A program made the translations under genes and the position numbers. This document shows, piece by piece, positions 42,851 through 53,751 of a DNA stretch of 64,000 nt. Under the pieces are notes generated by a model. The model was not told the DNA's origin. It ran no database searches and was given only the letters and a program-made list of their open reading frames with translations. How positions within the stretch are numbered: position 1 is the stretch's first letter; each line of letters starts with the position of its first letter. Source of the DNA: an uncultured Gammaproteobacteria bacterium (GTDB taxonomy: Bacteria; Pseudomonadota; Gammaproteobacteria; UBA6002); assembly GCA_963705725.1 (NCBI GenBank), contig CAVPKM010000020.1, forward strand, positions 42,198 to 106,197. Direction: 5' to 3'.

Positions 42851-42899
42851 GTAGAAGAATTAATCCTTTTCAATGGTATACAAAATATCCAGACCGCTT
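42851..42899. repeat. Direct repeat, right copy (last 13 codons including stop of tamB, plus 9 nt)
   Basis: Matches 40209-40258. Confidence 0.97.
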
Positions 42900-45800
42900 T
42901 TTTCCATGTTGGTGACACTTTGTATTGTTAAGTACTTATTGATGAGATATTTAATTTTAAAAGTATTGGTGTAATCGAATAAGTCAAAACTGTAATTCAC
43001 ATAAAATTTTGGCGATAAGTATTTGCCAAGAACAAAGGCAGTATGCTCGATTGTTTTTTGAGTGCCTGGGTTAATCTCTGTTAAGCTATCAATGTCTAAT
43101 TCAGCGAGACCAAGGCTGTTTTTTATTTTATTTTTCATATTGATTAATTTATTGTCACCTCCAAAATTTAGTGCATCTGCAGCCTGGAGTAATAATTTTG
43201 TATGCCCACCATTGTCCTTAGTATTTAATGAACTAAGCGACCGACCTAACACCAAGTAAGAAAGGATATCCTCAGGTGTTTTGCCTGTGGGTTCAGAAAA
43301 AAGATGAATTTTAGGATCTTGAAGCACGCCTCCGACGTTGACACCCACTTTAATTTGTTCATCTGTTGTGAACAATTGATTACTTTTTACCTGTAAGGAT
43401 CGGCTTGCTTTAATATTTAGCCCAGGATTGCCAATCGGTCCACCAGTGAAGATGAGTTTGCCCTCGTCAATTTGTAAGGTTTTGCTATAAATCCGGTAAC
43501 TACCATCTTGTAACCAGAGTTGACCATAAGCGACAGTTGCCTTAGTAGGAGAATCATCAATTTGAATTTGACCTTTTACCTGACCTTTAATTCCTTTAGT
43601 ATTTAAGAAAATTTTATTTCCTAAAGTGAGTTGTAGTGAACTAAATACACGCAGCGTATTATTGTCTTCTTTTTTCTTGCCATTTGGTTCGACAAAAATA
43701 ATATCATCGGATGCTGATTCAATTGCCCCGAAATCTTTGGAGCGAATTATGGCTTCAGGTATTAAAACCTTTCCTGCAAGTATCAAATCATCGTTTGAAA
43801 TGGATAAATGCAGATTTGGCGAGGCCTGGATAACCAATTCAGGGGTGTTGCAAATAAGTAAATTTTTTCCTTCTAAATTTAAGTCAACAGGGAGTTGATT
43901 ATTTTCCCATTTACTGGTTCCTTTAAAATTAAGCTGACCATTTCCCGAATGCAGTTGACCTTCAAAATTAATCGCATTATTTTCGTTTTTAGCTGTGATT
44001 GCAATATTTTCAACTTTTAATTTTAATTTTGGTATTTCAAAGTTTCCGTTAGAAAGAATAGTATGGCCCTGTAATCTAGGTTTAGTTAGTGTTCCTTCTA
44101 ACAGGTAATTTCCCGCTATTTTTCCCGTCATATTTTTAATGACAGGGAGAAATAATTCAACAAACCGTAACTGATCTGTTTGTAAATTTATTTGGCCTGT
44201 TATGGGTTGGAGTTGCCAATTTTTTGGATTGAAAGCGGGTAAAGTTACATTTGCTGAGAGTCGATTTTCAGGAGAGGTAAGTTGAAAATTTGCGATGAGC
44301 TTTTCTTTTTGAGTACTGCTATTAAATTGCAGTTTGGATATTTTAAAAATTTCAGAATTTGCATTGATAATAAATTTTATTTCACCTGCTGTCACTTCGC
44401 TTTGTATTTTTACCGCTTGTTTCTTATTAAAATCAATTTCCGCATTTAAATTTAAATTGCCAGAAATTCTTATTCGATCACTTAAAATAGAATTAAATAC
44501 TTCTAGATTCAAATCTTTTGCATGTAATAATCCCTGCATTCCTCCTTGGTAAGGATAAAGCCCATTAATTTGAATTTGGCTTTTTTCTGAGAAGAGATTG
44601 AGTTTTTCAAGCGAGATAGCGTAGTCATCACAGGATATCAAGGCTGGATGAAATAATTTCCAGTGTTGCGTCAAGTAATCGAGCTGTAAGGCTTTTAATT
44701 TTCCTACCCATTGCGGTTTTTCATAATTTCCCTCTATATCAAATATTGCAGAAAGCGCCTTGTTTTTGATATTAAATTTTGCAAAATGTTTTTTTAAGCA
44801 GCCATTTGCATCAATTTTTAGCTGATTAAAATGATATTTTTTGAATTCTCCATCTTTTGCTAGTATTTGAAGAAAAGAATCGCCTTGATTTCTAAAGTTG
44901 ACTAAATATTTCCCTTCAAGTAAACCAATTTTAAATAAAGAAAATCCCATTTCTTTTGCTAGAAACTCGCCTTTGAAAGAAGGCTTTGCATCAAACCAAA
45001 ATTTGTGATGCCTTGTGAAAAAAAACTTCCCTTGCTGCTTGGTAGAAAATATTTTATTTCTGAAATATTTGCTACCCAATTTAATTGCTTGCCCTGAGTC
45101 CTTACGGCGAATTTTGAATGGTTTGATATCAAGTTAAGATTAAAGTCTTTAATGAAATTTTTGTTGATAAACAAAGCGCCTTCACCAAAGATAGGTTGCT
45201 GATGAAAATTTCCCTTTAATTTTTCTAATGCCACATGAATCAAATCATTTTGCTTATTTGCTTTGATGGTAAAATTTATTAAGCCCGGCCAATCTTGATG
45301 AATATCTTCTAGGTGAAATTGGTTTGCGCCTAATTCCAGATGGCAAGAACTTAAATTTTCACCCTTTCCATGTAATTTTATACTACCTTCATGTGCATCA
45401 TTTAATAATCCATCAAGCAAAAGTGCTGAATTATTTTGAATAAAATTAAGCGAAAGATGGGTGCTTGAAATAGGTAGTTGTAATTGTAATCGATTTTCTT
45501 TTTTTGAAGTTTTAAAATTTAAAAAACCCTGATTGGTAAATTCTTTGGAAAAATAGAGGTGGGTTTCTTGTGGGCGAAGATTAATATATCCAACTAAATT
45601 TGGAATATGATAATGATGAATGGTATTTAAAACAAAATGAATGTCGCTAATATAAACATGTTTGATAAGTAGATTTGTTGGAAAAGACATGTTGGGGCTT
45701 GAATAAAGTAATTGGGGCTTAAGTCCAACAATCATTTTATTAATGTGGAGATTATCGCAAGCGATTCGAAAGGGAAAAAAGTTGATAGAAGTTTCAGTTG

Positions 45801-46038
45801 ATGCTGAGTCGATTGCAATAGTTAACCCTTGTTCTCGATACCAGAGATTTTTTATCGTGAGCCGTCCTAAAAGGTGACCAGATACTGCATCATAATGAAA
45901 ACGAGAGCCCATTTGATTGCTCAGCAATTTAAAAATTATCTGGGTTCCGCTATCACTAAATAAAAGAATACTCGTTATGCTGATGCAACAAATCAGACAA
46001 CAAAGTAAAGCAATAGTTTTCTTTTTAATTTGAATCAA
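42860..46038 (-). CDS. tamB: Translocation and assembly module TamB, frameshifted at ~44995
   Basis: N-terminal anchor, DUF490-like C-terminus (FTGGPIGNPGLNIKA, DILSYLVLG, LGKYLSPKFYVNY); directly downstream of tamA. Confidence 0.9.
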
Positions 46039-47762
46039 AGCAATGGCCCCATGCTAACTTGGATTAAATTATGACGATCTTTCAAAGCTCTCGCATAGCT
46101 AATTTCAATAACGCCAATTGGTGAACGCCATAAAATTCCTGTGCCAACACTTTGTTTAAAATTACCGATGAATTCATTACTGGCATTTCCCGCATCATAA
46201 AAAACCACGCCATAAATTTTGTTGATCAATCGCTGTTGTAATTCGACCGAACCCATTAACAAAGTTCTTCCAGGACCGATTTCTTGGTATTGATACCCTC
46301 TTACTGTTTGTGCTCCTCCCGTAAAAAATTGTAGAGAGAGGGGCAGATTGTTGATGTTAGTGATGAGGGTATATCCAAGCTCCGCTTTTAATAGTAAACG
46401 CGTACAATTTGTTACAGGAATCAAAACCTTGCTTTGCGCTAACCCTTGAGCAAAATCCGTATTAGAAATTAATGCTCGAGTGGCGCCTCTTAAATTAAGA
46501 TTAAATTCATACCCATAATTGGGGTCGAGGAAGTCATCACTTTGAATATATGACCAGTTAAGATTGGGCATTAACATGGTTGAAGTGATGGTTGGTCGAT
46601 TATCAGTCGGTTCAGAATGTTCATCTCGCAGGCTAAGAGAAAGCGTTTGCTGAATCCCCCACAGGTTTTTAATCAATCCTGCTTCTATTCTTTCATTTCG
46701 ACTTTTTCCGCTGGTTGGTAAGTGCTGATACTCAGCTGCTAAGGTGAATCGGTAAAGATCTGTGACAGGGTTAGTCCCGGGAATAGTGTAGTTAGCAATA
46801 AAATTATCTTTTTTTTCTGAAGCTTGTATCATGGCATCCAGATAATGACCATAGGGATTAACCCGATGTAATTGTATGCCTGCTAATCCCCTGACGCCGG
46901 TATCCGTGCCATAGCCGGCACCAAATATATACTGCTTGCATTTTTTAGGAATAACCGTCACTTCAATTGGCACTTGCAAGCCCTGCGCTTTCTCTAAAAC
47001 AGGCGTTACCGTGACCTGTTGAAATTGATTTGCTTGGCTCAAATCCTCTTGCAACTTAATAACCTGACGGGTGAGGTAGGGTTGTCCAGGCTCAAAGGAA
47101 ATAAATCGTTTTAAAAAAGAAATGGAGTAGGGTGATTTCCTAAAAATGACTTCTCCAAAACGGTAACGAGGCCCTGAATCAAAGTGGATCACAACGGCTG
47201 CTTGATATTTTTTTAAATCAATATAAATATGGCTCTCTTCAATATGCGCCTTAAAATATCCTTTTTGTGCGGCTAAATTAATCAAATTGCTTTTCGCTTT
47301 TTGATATAATTTAGATCGAAGTGGATCACCTTGTCTAATCGGTAATTGAGCAAGCGCCTGCTGAAACTCACCATCACGTATCCCTTCGCCCTTTATGGAG
47401 ACATCAAGTTTTGTGATCTTAAGTAAGGGTCCGCTGTTGATTTTGTAATCAATCGTTGCTGTCTGCGCGAATCGATGAATGACATGCACTATTGTCGGCT
47501 TAAAGTATCCATAGGCTGCTAAAGAATGGTTGATATCCTTTTCTGTTTCAACTGCGATATCGGCTACGTCTTTTTCTGAGGTAGCCTGGCTTGGGCTCTC
47601 ATTTAGCTGGGTAGTGGCAACAATATTTTGTTTAATTTCTGCCGCCACCCCAAAAAAATGTTGGGTGATTTGAAGCGGACCGCGTGATGTCGGTAATGCG
47701 TAGGTTTTAGCAGTTACCATAGAGCAAAAAGCGATCAATATTATTAATTTTCTTTTAATCAC
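46035..47762 (-). CDS. tamA: Omp85-family autotransporter assembly protein TamA
   Basis: POTRA repeats (GYF), GAGYGTDTGVRG, FFTGGAQTVRGY, WRSPIG. Confidence 0.93.
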   Translation of the reverse strand: MIKRKLIILIAFCSMVTAKTYALPTSRGPLQITQHFFGVAAEIKQNIVATTQLNESPSQATSEKDVADIAVETEKDINHSLAAYGYFKPTIVHVIHRFAQTATIDYKINSGPLLKITKLDVSIKGEGIRDGEFQQALAQLPIRQGDPLRSKLYQKAKSNLINLAAQKGYFKAHIEESHIYIDLKKYQAAVVIHFDSGPRYRFGEVIFRKSPYSISFLKRFISFEPGQPYLTRQVIKLQEDLSQANQFQQVTVTPVLEKAQGLQVPIEVTVIPKKCKQYIFGAGYGTDTGVRGLAGIQLHRVNPYGHYLDAMIQASEKKDNFIANYTIPGTNPVTDLYRFTLAAEYQHLPTSGKSRNERIEAGLIKNLWGIQQTLSLSLRDEHSEPTDNRPTITSTMLMPNLNWSYIQSDDFLDPNYGYEFNLNLRGATRALISNTDFAQGLAQSKVLIPVTNCTRLLLKAELGYTLITNINNLPLSLQFFTGGAQTVRGYQYQEIGPGRTLLMGSVELQQRLINKIYGVVFYDAGNASNEFIGNFKQSVGTGILWRSPIGVIEISYARALKDRHNLIQVSMGPLL

Positions 47763-47946
47763 AGTAGGCTCGATAGTTGGAGTTCGAGAGTCACGCTTAG
47801 CTTACTCAGTTTTTTCCTTCTAAAGCAAGCATAATGCCCCATGCAGCCTTGTAAAACAAACGCTCAGGTTTTTAGAAATGAATAGAATTTTTATTAGTAT
47901 AAACCTATAATTACGTAAATTAAATAAATATAAACAGGGGTGAGTA

Positions 47947-48642
47947 ATGATAGAAAGATTAATTAAAGAGCTAAGTGAGAAGAAGACAACCTCAGTAAGT
48001 AATTTGTTGTCTCAAATAGAGTCATTGACAAATGCAGAAAATAAAGACGACCAAGCCATTTCAGATTGCAAAAGGTCTCTATTTATTGCCCTGCTCATGG
48101 CCACTTTTACAAAAAATAAAGATGCCGTTAGGATGCTGCTAGCCAGTCCGCACCTTGAAAATCCGAATCGAGCTGTGACTGATGAGGATAAAGATTATAT
48201 GATAGCGAATAGTAGTGCTAACTTCAGTTCTAATATGGCAACTGAATTTTCTGATCATCAAACACCTTTGTTTAATGCTATTTTTAATGAAGATTCTAAG
48301 AGTGTTGAGCTTTTTTTGTCGGATCCAAAGGTGACGCTGAGTGAAAATGAAATAAATTCAATACGAGAAGAAGTCACTACAGCGACTGGAGGCGATTGGG
48401 CAGGCGATGGAAGAAAAAAAATATTCGAGATGCTGATAGCCAGTGACAAGTTACCCTTTAAAAATAAACTAGATTTCTTAAAAGGACTGAGTCAGGAGAG
48501 GCTTAAAGAAGTGCAAAGTGATGTAAAATTAATGGTTGTTCATGGCTTATATCCAGCAGCCAATCCGCTTCAGCAGGCGATAGCTAACAGAGTAGAAGAA
48601 ATGCAAGAACAAGATGACAAAAAATTTAAACAGGGCAAATAA
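47947..48642 (+). CDS. Ankyrin-like hypothetical protein, paralogue of 49675-50376
   Basis: QTPLFNAI, MLLASP, LSDPKVT and LIASDKL are shared with the paralogue. Confidence 0.75.
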   Translation: MIERLIKELSEKKTTSVSNLLSQIESLTNAENKDDQAISDCKRSLFIALLMATFTKNKDAVRMLLASPHLENPNRAVTDEDKDYMIANSSANFSSNMATEFSDHQTPLFNAIFNEDSKSVELFLSDPKVTLSENEINSIREEVTTATGGDWAGDGRKKIFEMLIASDKLPFKNKLDFLKGLSQERLKEVQSDVKLMVVHGLYPAANPLQQAIANRVEEMQEQDDKKFKQGK

Positions 48643-48662
48643 CTCCGGGCTCTAACAATCTA

Positions 48663-49610
48663 ATGGATTTCATGAAAAAAAATTATCCTGCTTATTTATT
48701 ATTTGAACGAGAAATATGGCGAAAATTTCGAGGTGAAATGCCGTTCCCTTTGGTACCAGAAGATATTGAAAAACTGCAGGGTAAGTATGAGGTGGTTTCT
48801 TCCCAGGAAATAGTGGATATTTATTTGCCATTATCAAGACTACTTAATATGTATGTCAGTGCGGCTCAAGAATTATTTCACATTACCGCCCAATTTCTTG
48901 GTCATCCTGAGCCTAAAGTTCCCTATATAATAGGAGTGGCAGGAAGTGTGGCGGTGGGTAAAAGCACCACTTCACGAATATTGCAGGCGCTTTTGTCGCG
49001 TTGGGATACTCACCCAAATGTGGAGATTGTCACCACCGACGGATTTTTGTATCCCAACGCTATACTTGAGCAAAAGCAGTTATTCTGCCGAAAAGGATTT
49101 CCCGAAAGCTATGATCTTAAACGCTTGATTAGTTTTTTGACAGATCTTAAAGCGGGGAAAAATGGATTAACAGTTCCTGTTTATTCTCATCAACATTATG
49201 ACATTACGAATGAAGTGCAAATCATTAATCAGCCGGATATCGTGATCTTAGAGGGCTTGAATCTGTTACAGAATTATTCACATGCCACTGTAGAAAAAAA
49301 ACAGGTTTTTGCCACGGATTATTTGGATTTTACCATTTACGTTGATGCCAATCCTGAGGTAATTAAAAAATGGTATATCGATAGATTTGTAAAATTTAGG
49401 CAGATTGCATCGGATAAACCTCATTTTTATTTACATCGCTTTGCTCAAATGCCTGAGCAACAAGCAGTAGAGATGGCTGAAACAATTTGGCATGAAATCA
49501 ATGAGCTGAATCTTTATGAAAATATTTTACCCTATAAGCAGCGAGCAAAATTAATGCTTTTTAAAGGTGAAGACCATGCAGTAGAGCGGGTGTACTTGCG
49601 CAAAATCTGA
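48663..49610 (+). CDS. coaA: Type I pantothenate kinase
   Basis: IYLPLSRLL, GSVAVGKST, TTDGFL, KGFPESYD, ILEGLN. Confidence 0.97.
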   Translation: MDFMKKNYPAYLLFEREIWRKFRGEMPFPLVPEDIEKLQGKYEVVSSQEIVDIYLPLSRLLNMYVSAAQELFHITAQFLGHPEPKVPYIIGVAGSVAVGKSTTSRILQALLSRWDTHPNVEIVTTDGFLYPNAILEQKQLFCRKGFPESYDLKRLISFLTDLKAGKNGLTVPVYSHQHYDITNEVQIINQPDIVILEGLNLLQNYSHATVEKKQVFATDYLDFTIYVDANPEVIKKWYIDRFVKFRQIASDKPHFYLHRFAQMPEQQAVEMAETIWHEINELNLYENILPYKQRAKLMLFKGEDHAVERVYLRKI

Positions 49611-49674
49611 CAGTTGGCGATGGCATTTAATCAACAGAAAGCTATAATTTTAAATAAATAATAAGTAAAAATAT

Positions 49675-50376
49675 ATGAATTCAAGTGGGTGGGGTGTCAT
49701 GAAAACGTTGGATGAGTTATTCAATTTAATAGGTAAACAGAATGCCCAGGCAGAAATTTTAATACAAACAATATTGTCCCAATTAGCAGCATTGTTAGCT
49801 AAAGAATTTCAAGAACCATTTAAGATAAATAACCTTAAAGCTTATCTGTCTGTGGCCATGCATATGGCTGCGGCTACGGGAAATACTAAGGTCATGAGCA
49901 TGATTTTAGCCAGCCCGTATGTTGATCCAAATATGAAACTGGATACCGAGTATTTGAAAAATGCGGAATGTCGTATGTTTTTCAAAACTCAAGAAACCCC
50001 CTTATATTATGCAGTGATGACTCAAAATGCAAAGACCGCTATGCTTCTTTTGTCCGATCCCCGGGTAACGGTAAGCGATAGTGTCTGTGGTAAAATCAAG
50101 AATAAAGGGCTTTGGGAGGAGCGGGCCAAGCAAGGCCAAGAAGCATCAACACGCGCTGTTCTGTTGGCAAGTGATAAACTTACTCATGAACAAAAACAAA
50201 AGGTTGTGCTAGGTTTAAACCAGGAGAAAACGGAAGAAGTAAATAAGATAGCGAGATTAATGGCTAAGGAGGGTTTATTTTCTCAGGCTAAACCTTTTTA
50301 TGAAACGGTGAAAGTGACAGAAGAAAACCTATCAGAAAAGACTGACACAGGATTTAAAAAAGGCAAATCCTCCTAA
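49675..50376 (+). CDS. Ankyrin-like hypothetical protein, paralogue of 47947-48642
   Basis: AMHMAAATGN, ETPLYYAV, LSDPRVT, LLASDKL; start may be 49699. Confidence 0.75.
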   Translation: MNSSGWGVMKTLDELFNLIGKQNAQAEILIQTILSQLAALLAKEFQEPFKINNLKAYLSVAMHMAAATGNTKVMSMILASPYVDPNMKLDTEYLKNAECRMFFKTQETPLYYAVMTQNAKTAMLLLSDPRVTVSDSVCGKIKNKGLWEERAKQGQEASTRAVLLASDKLTHEQKQKVVLGLNQEKTEEVNKIARLMAKEGLFSQAKPFYETVKVTEENLSEKTDTGFKKGKSS

Positions 50377-50400
50377 CGGATCATAAAGTTAAGGAATGAG

Positions 50401-51474
50401 ATGTATAAAACCTTTGTTGCGGGTGCAGGCAGAATTGGGTCACTAATCGCAAGCTTGCTCGCCAATTCAAAAGACTACGAGGTTTATCTTGTTGATAAGG
50501 TCATCCCTAACGCGCCACTTCCTAATCTTAAAAATTTACATTTCACAGAATTGGATATTTCAGATAGTCAAAAACTTAATAAATATCTAAAACAAAATCA
50601 AATTGAAATTACCATTGCTAGCTTGCCGTATTTCAATAATCTCTATATCGCCAAAGCGGCCTGTGATTTAGACCTGCATTATTTTGATTTAACTGAAGAT
50701 ATTGCTATTTCTGAGCAGGTGCGATTATTGGCGGAAGGCAAAAAGCGGGCTTTTGTTTCTCAATGCGGTGTAGCGCCTGGTTTTATTAATATTGTGGCTA
50801 ACTATTTAATGTCTTTATTTGATAAAGTTGAAGCAACTCATTTGCGTGCTGGCTGCCTGCCTAAACAAACCCATAATGCGCTTAAATATGCCATTACCTG
50901 GTCATTAGATGGATTAATTAATGAATATGGAAATGATTGTCTGGCCCTAATTCAGGGTCAAGAAGAAAGGCTGCAGCCTTTAGAAGATTTGGAAATTGTT
51001 GAACTGGATGGGGTGATATACGAGGCTTTTAATACTTCAGGAGGAGTGGGAAGTCTGGTTGAAACTTACCGAGGTAAGGTAAAAAATCTAAATTATAAAA
51101 CTCTGCGCTATCCTGGGCATTGCGAGAAAATGCGGTTTTTAATGAAGGATTTGCGCCTGAATGAAGATAGAGAAAAACTTAAAAAAATATTAGAAAAAAG
51201 CTTGCCGCAAACTGATCAAGATGTCATGTTACTTTATGTCTCTGTTGTTGGTGAGAAACAAAGGAGTTACTTTGAGCAGAGTTATACAAAAAAAATTGAA
51301 CCACAGCAAATCCACGGTCAAAACTGGTCTGCCATACAAATTACGACTGCCTCTAGTCTTTGCGCGGTGGTGGATATCGTGATGCATCAGGTCAACAGGT
51401 ATCAGGGATTTGTTTTACAAGAGCAATTTTCTTTTAAAGAATTTTGTGATAACCGTTTTGGCAAGTTGTTTTAG
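50401..51474 (+). CDS. Saccharopine/lysine dehydrogenase family protein
   Basis: GAGRIG, HYFDLTED, QCGVAPG, WSLDGLINEY, EAFNTSGG, YKTLRYPGH. Confidence 0.9.
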   Translation: MYKTFVAGAGRIGSLIASLLANSKDYEVYLVDKVIPNAPLPNLKNLHFTELDISDSQKLNKYLKQNQIEITIASLPYFNNLYIAKAACDLDLHYFDLTEDIAISEQVRLLAEGKKRAFVSQCGVAPGFINIVANYLMSLFDKVEATHLRAGCLPKQTHNALKYAITWSLDGLINEYGNDCLALIQGQEERLQPLEDLEIVELDGVIYEAFNTSGGVGSLVETYRGKVKNLNYKTLRYPGHCEKMRFLMKDLRLNEDREKLKKILEKSLPQTDQDVMLLYVSVVGEKQRSYFEQSYTKKIEPQQIHGQNWSAIQITTASSLCAVVDIVMHQVNRYQGFVLQEQFSFKEFCDNRFGKLF

Positions 51475-51487
51475 TGGCAGGTGATAA

Positions 51488-52870
51488 ATGTTACAAATTT
51501 ATAATACTTTAACAAAAGAAAAACAAGATTTCATTCCCATCCATCCCGGCAAAGTAAGCATGTACGTTTGTGGCATGACGGTTTATGATGATTGTCATAT
51601 CGGGCATGGCCGTATTTTTGTGGTGTTTGACGTTATTGTGCGGCTTCTTCAATATTTAGGCTATGAAGTAAACTATGTCCGAAATATTACTGATATTGAC
51701 GATAAAATTATTGCGCGCGCAAATGCCAATCACGAACCAATCGAAGCGCTGACTGCAAGAACTATTCAAAGTATGCATGAAGATGAGAGGGCGTTAGGCG
51801 TACTTTCTCCTACTACTGTACCAAGAGCTACTGAATATATTGAAGAAATTATCCAGATGATCAACGAATTGGTGGCTAGTGGTTATGGCTATGTAGCCGA
51901 TAATGGTGATGTGTATTTTGATACCCAAAAATTTCCTACCTATGGTGAAATGGCCGGACAAGATTTAACTAAATTGAAAGCAGGGATCCGAATCGATATT
52001 GTGGATGTTAAGCGCGATCCCTTAGATTTCGTGTTATGGAAATTGGCAAAACCAGGAGAACCCAAATGGGACTCGCCTTGGGGAGAGGGTAGGCCAGGTT
52101 GGCATATTGAATGTTCGGCGATGTCAAATGTGTTACTCGGCAAACAATTTGATATTCATGGGGGAGGTTTAGACTTGCAATTCCCTCATCATCAAAATGA
52201 AGTGGCGCAGTCAGAAGCGGCGAACCAATGCAAAACTGTTAATTATTGGATGCATGTTGGCTATGTGACTGTCGATAAAGAAAAAATGTCTAAATCATTG
52301 GGCAATTTTTTTACCATCAAAGCGGTGTTAGCTACCTACCATCCCGAGGTTATCCGTTATTTTATGATCGCTAGCCATTATCGAAGTCCAATCAATTATT
52401 CAGAGCAAAATTTATTAAATGCGAAAAATGCGTTAGATCGTTTCTACGCGGCATTAAGAGGTCTTCCACCCTCAGAGAGAGCAGAAAAAAACGATCTTTT
52501 TGAAACTCGCTTTATTGAGGCGATGATTGATGATTTCAATACACCGATTGCCCTTTCAGTATTATTTGATTTAGTCAGAGAAATTAATCGTCTTAAAGAT
52601 GAAAAAAAATTGCCTGAAGCCGCGAAAAAAGGCGCTTTATTAAGAAGTTTAGGAAACTTATTTGGCATCCTGAAAGAAGATCCTGAATTGTTCCTCAAAG
52701 GTCATACAGGTAATGAAGAATCAAAACAGATCGAAGAATTAATCGCTGCGAGAAATCAGGCAAGATCTGAAAAAAATTGGACCGAAGCAGATCGACTCAG
52801 GCAAGCATTACAGTCTTTAGGTATTGTGATCGAAGACAGCCCAGAAGGAACGATTTGGCGCCAAATGTAA
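51488..52870 (+). CDS. cysS: Cysteine-tRNA ligase
   Basis: YVCGMTVY, HIGH, GRPGWHIECSAM, KMSKS. Confidence 0.99.
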   Translation: MLQIYNTLTKEKQDFIPIHPGKVSMYVCGMTVYDDCHIGHGRIFVVFDVIVRLLQYLGYEVNYVRNITDIDDKIIARANANHEPIEALTARTIQSMHEDERALGVLSPTTVPRATEYIEEIIQMINELVASGYGYVADNGDVYFDTQKFPTYGEMAGQDLTKLKAGIRIDIVDVKRDPLDFVLWKLAKPGEPKWDSPWGEGRPGWHIECSAMSNVLLGKQFDIHGGGLDLQFPHHQNEVAQSEAANQCKTVNYWMHVGYVTVDKEKMSKSLGNFFTIKAVLATYHPEVIRYFMIASHYRSPINYSEQNLLNAKNALDRFYAALRGLPPSERAEKNDLFETRFIEAMIDDFNTPIALSVLFDLVREINRLKDEKKLPEAAKKGALLRSLGNLFGILKEDPELFLKGHTGNEESKQIEELIAARNQARSEKNWTEADRLRQALQSLGIVIEDSPEGTIWRQM

Positions 52871-53030
52871 ATGTTTCAATTTAACTGCTACTGCTCACGG
52901 GGTAAGAGTCTGTTCAACCCACAAACGTTTCCTTCCTGGGGCAGTAGTTACCAATAACTTACCTTGACTTTAGTATTGGTCATGCCTATATTAAGTACGC
53001 GTTGCTTAATGGAAAGTAAAGGGAGTTTTT

Positions 53031-53201
53031 ATGCTAGGATGGGTGATTTTATTTTTAATCATATCAGTTGTAGCCGCAATTTTTGGATTTACGGGGATTG
53101 CTGTTGCTGCTTCTGGCATCGCAAAAATAATATTTGTTGTATTTTTAATACTATTAATCATTACGCTTATCTCATACCTAATAAGAGGACGGGGTCCATA
53201 G
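53031..53201 (+). CDS. DUF1328-family small membrane protein (56 aa)
   Basis: Below the ORF-track cutoff; [24 protein letters not shown]...IAKIIF; GGGAG RBS. Confidence 0.9.
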   Translation: MLGWVILFLIISVVAAIFGFTGIAVAASGIAKIIFVVFLILLIITLISYLIRGRGP

Positions 53202-53250
53202 CTTCGATTTGGTTAGAGGGAAGTTCTAATTTTAACTAAGGAGATCATTA

Positions 53251-53538
53251 ATGAAAAAAATTACTTTAGCTGCTGCCGCAGGATTACTTGCGCTTGGATT
53301 AGCTGCTTGCGAACAACGTATGGAACCTACAGCAGGAACCGCAGGTGCTACAGATACTGCAACTACACCTGCACCTACTGATACAACGACAACTACTCCT
53401 GTTGCTCCTGCTGCTCCTGAAAGCAGTACTACAACAACCACCACCCCTGCAGCCCCTGCAGCAACTGTGCCCACCACGACTCCTGATACAACAGGTACGA
53501 CAGGTGGAGCGACAACTGATACCACAACCAAGCCTTAA
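53251..53538 (+). CDS. Thr/Ala/Pro-rich lipoprotein
   Basis: AAGGAG RBS, signal peptide with LAAC lipobox, low-complexity mature region. Confidence 0.88.
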   Translation: MKKITLAAAAGLLALGLAACEQRMEPTAGTAGATDTATTPAPTDTTTTTPVAPAAPESSTTTTTTPAAPAATVPTTTPDTTGTTGGATTDTTTKP

Positions 53539-53550
53539 GTGCTTGCTGAA

Positions 53551-53579
53551 TTACAAGGGTGCGCAAAGTGCCCTTGTAA
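53551..53579. terminator. Stem-loop (possible terminator) after the lipoprotein gene
   Basis: ttacaagggtgc...gtgcccttgtaa; weak U tract. Confidence 0.55.
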
Positions 53580-53592
53580 TCCTCTCTTACCA

Positions 53593-53751
53593 ATGATGAA
53601 AAAATTTTTTATTGGCTTACTGTTAAGTGGTTTCTTAATTATGCTGGCTGCTTGTCAAAGCCAAGTCAGTGAGGATTCATCCAAAATGCAGGAAGCGTTA
53701 GAAAAAATAAAAACAAAAGTAGAAAACAGCATCCCTTCGGGAGCTAACTAG
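53593..53751 (+). CDS. Small lipoprotein (~52 aa)
   Basis: MMKKFFIGLLLSGFLIMLAAC lipobox. Confidence 0.7.
   Translation: MMKKFFIGLLLSGFLIMLAACQSQVSEDSSKMQEALEKIKTKVENSIPSGAN

Noticed and set aside
52964-53239. 91-aa Cys-rich ORF (GDCCCCFW)
   Set aside because: It is an alternate frame of the real DUF1328 gene at 53031-53201.
53232-53596. Val-rich antisense ORF and Leu/Gln-rich shifted ORF
   Set aside because: Both are shadows of the low-complexity lipoprotein, which has the RBS and lipobox.
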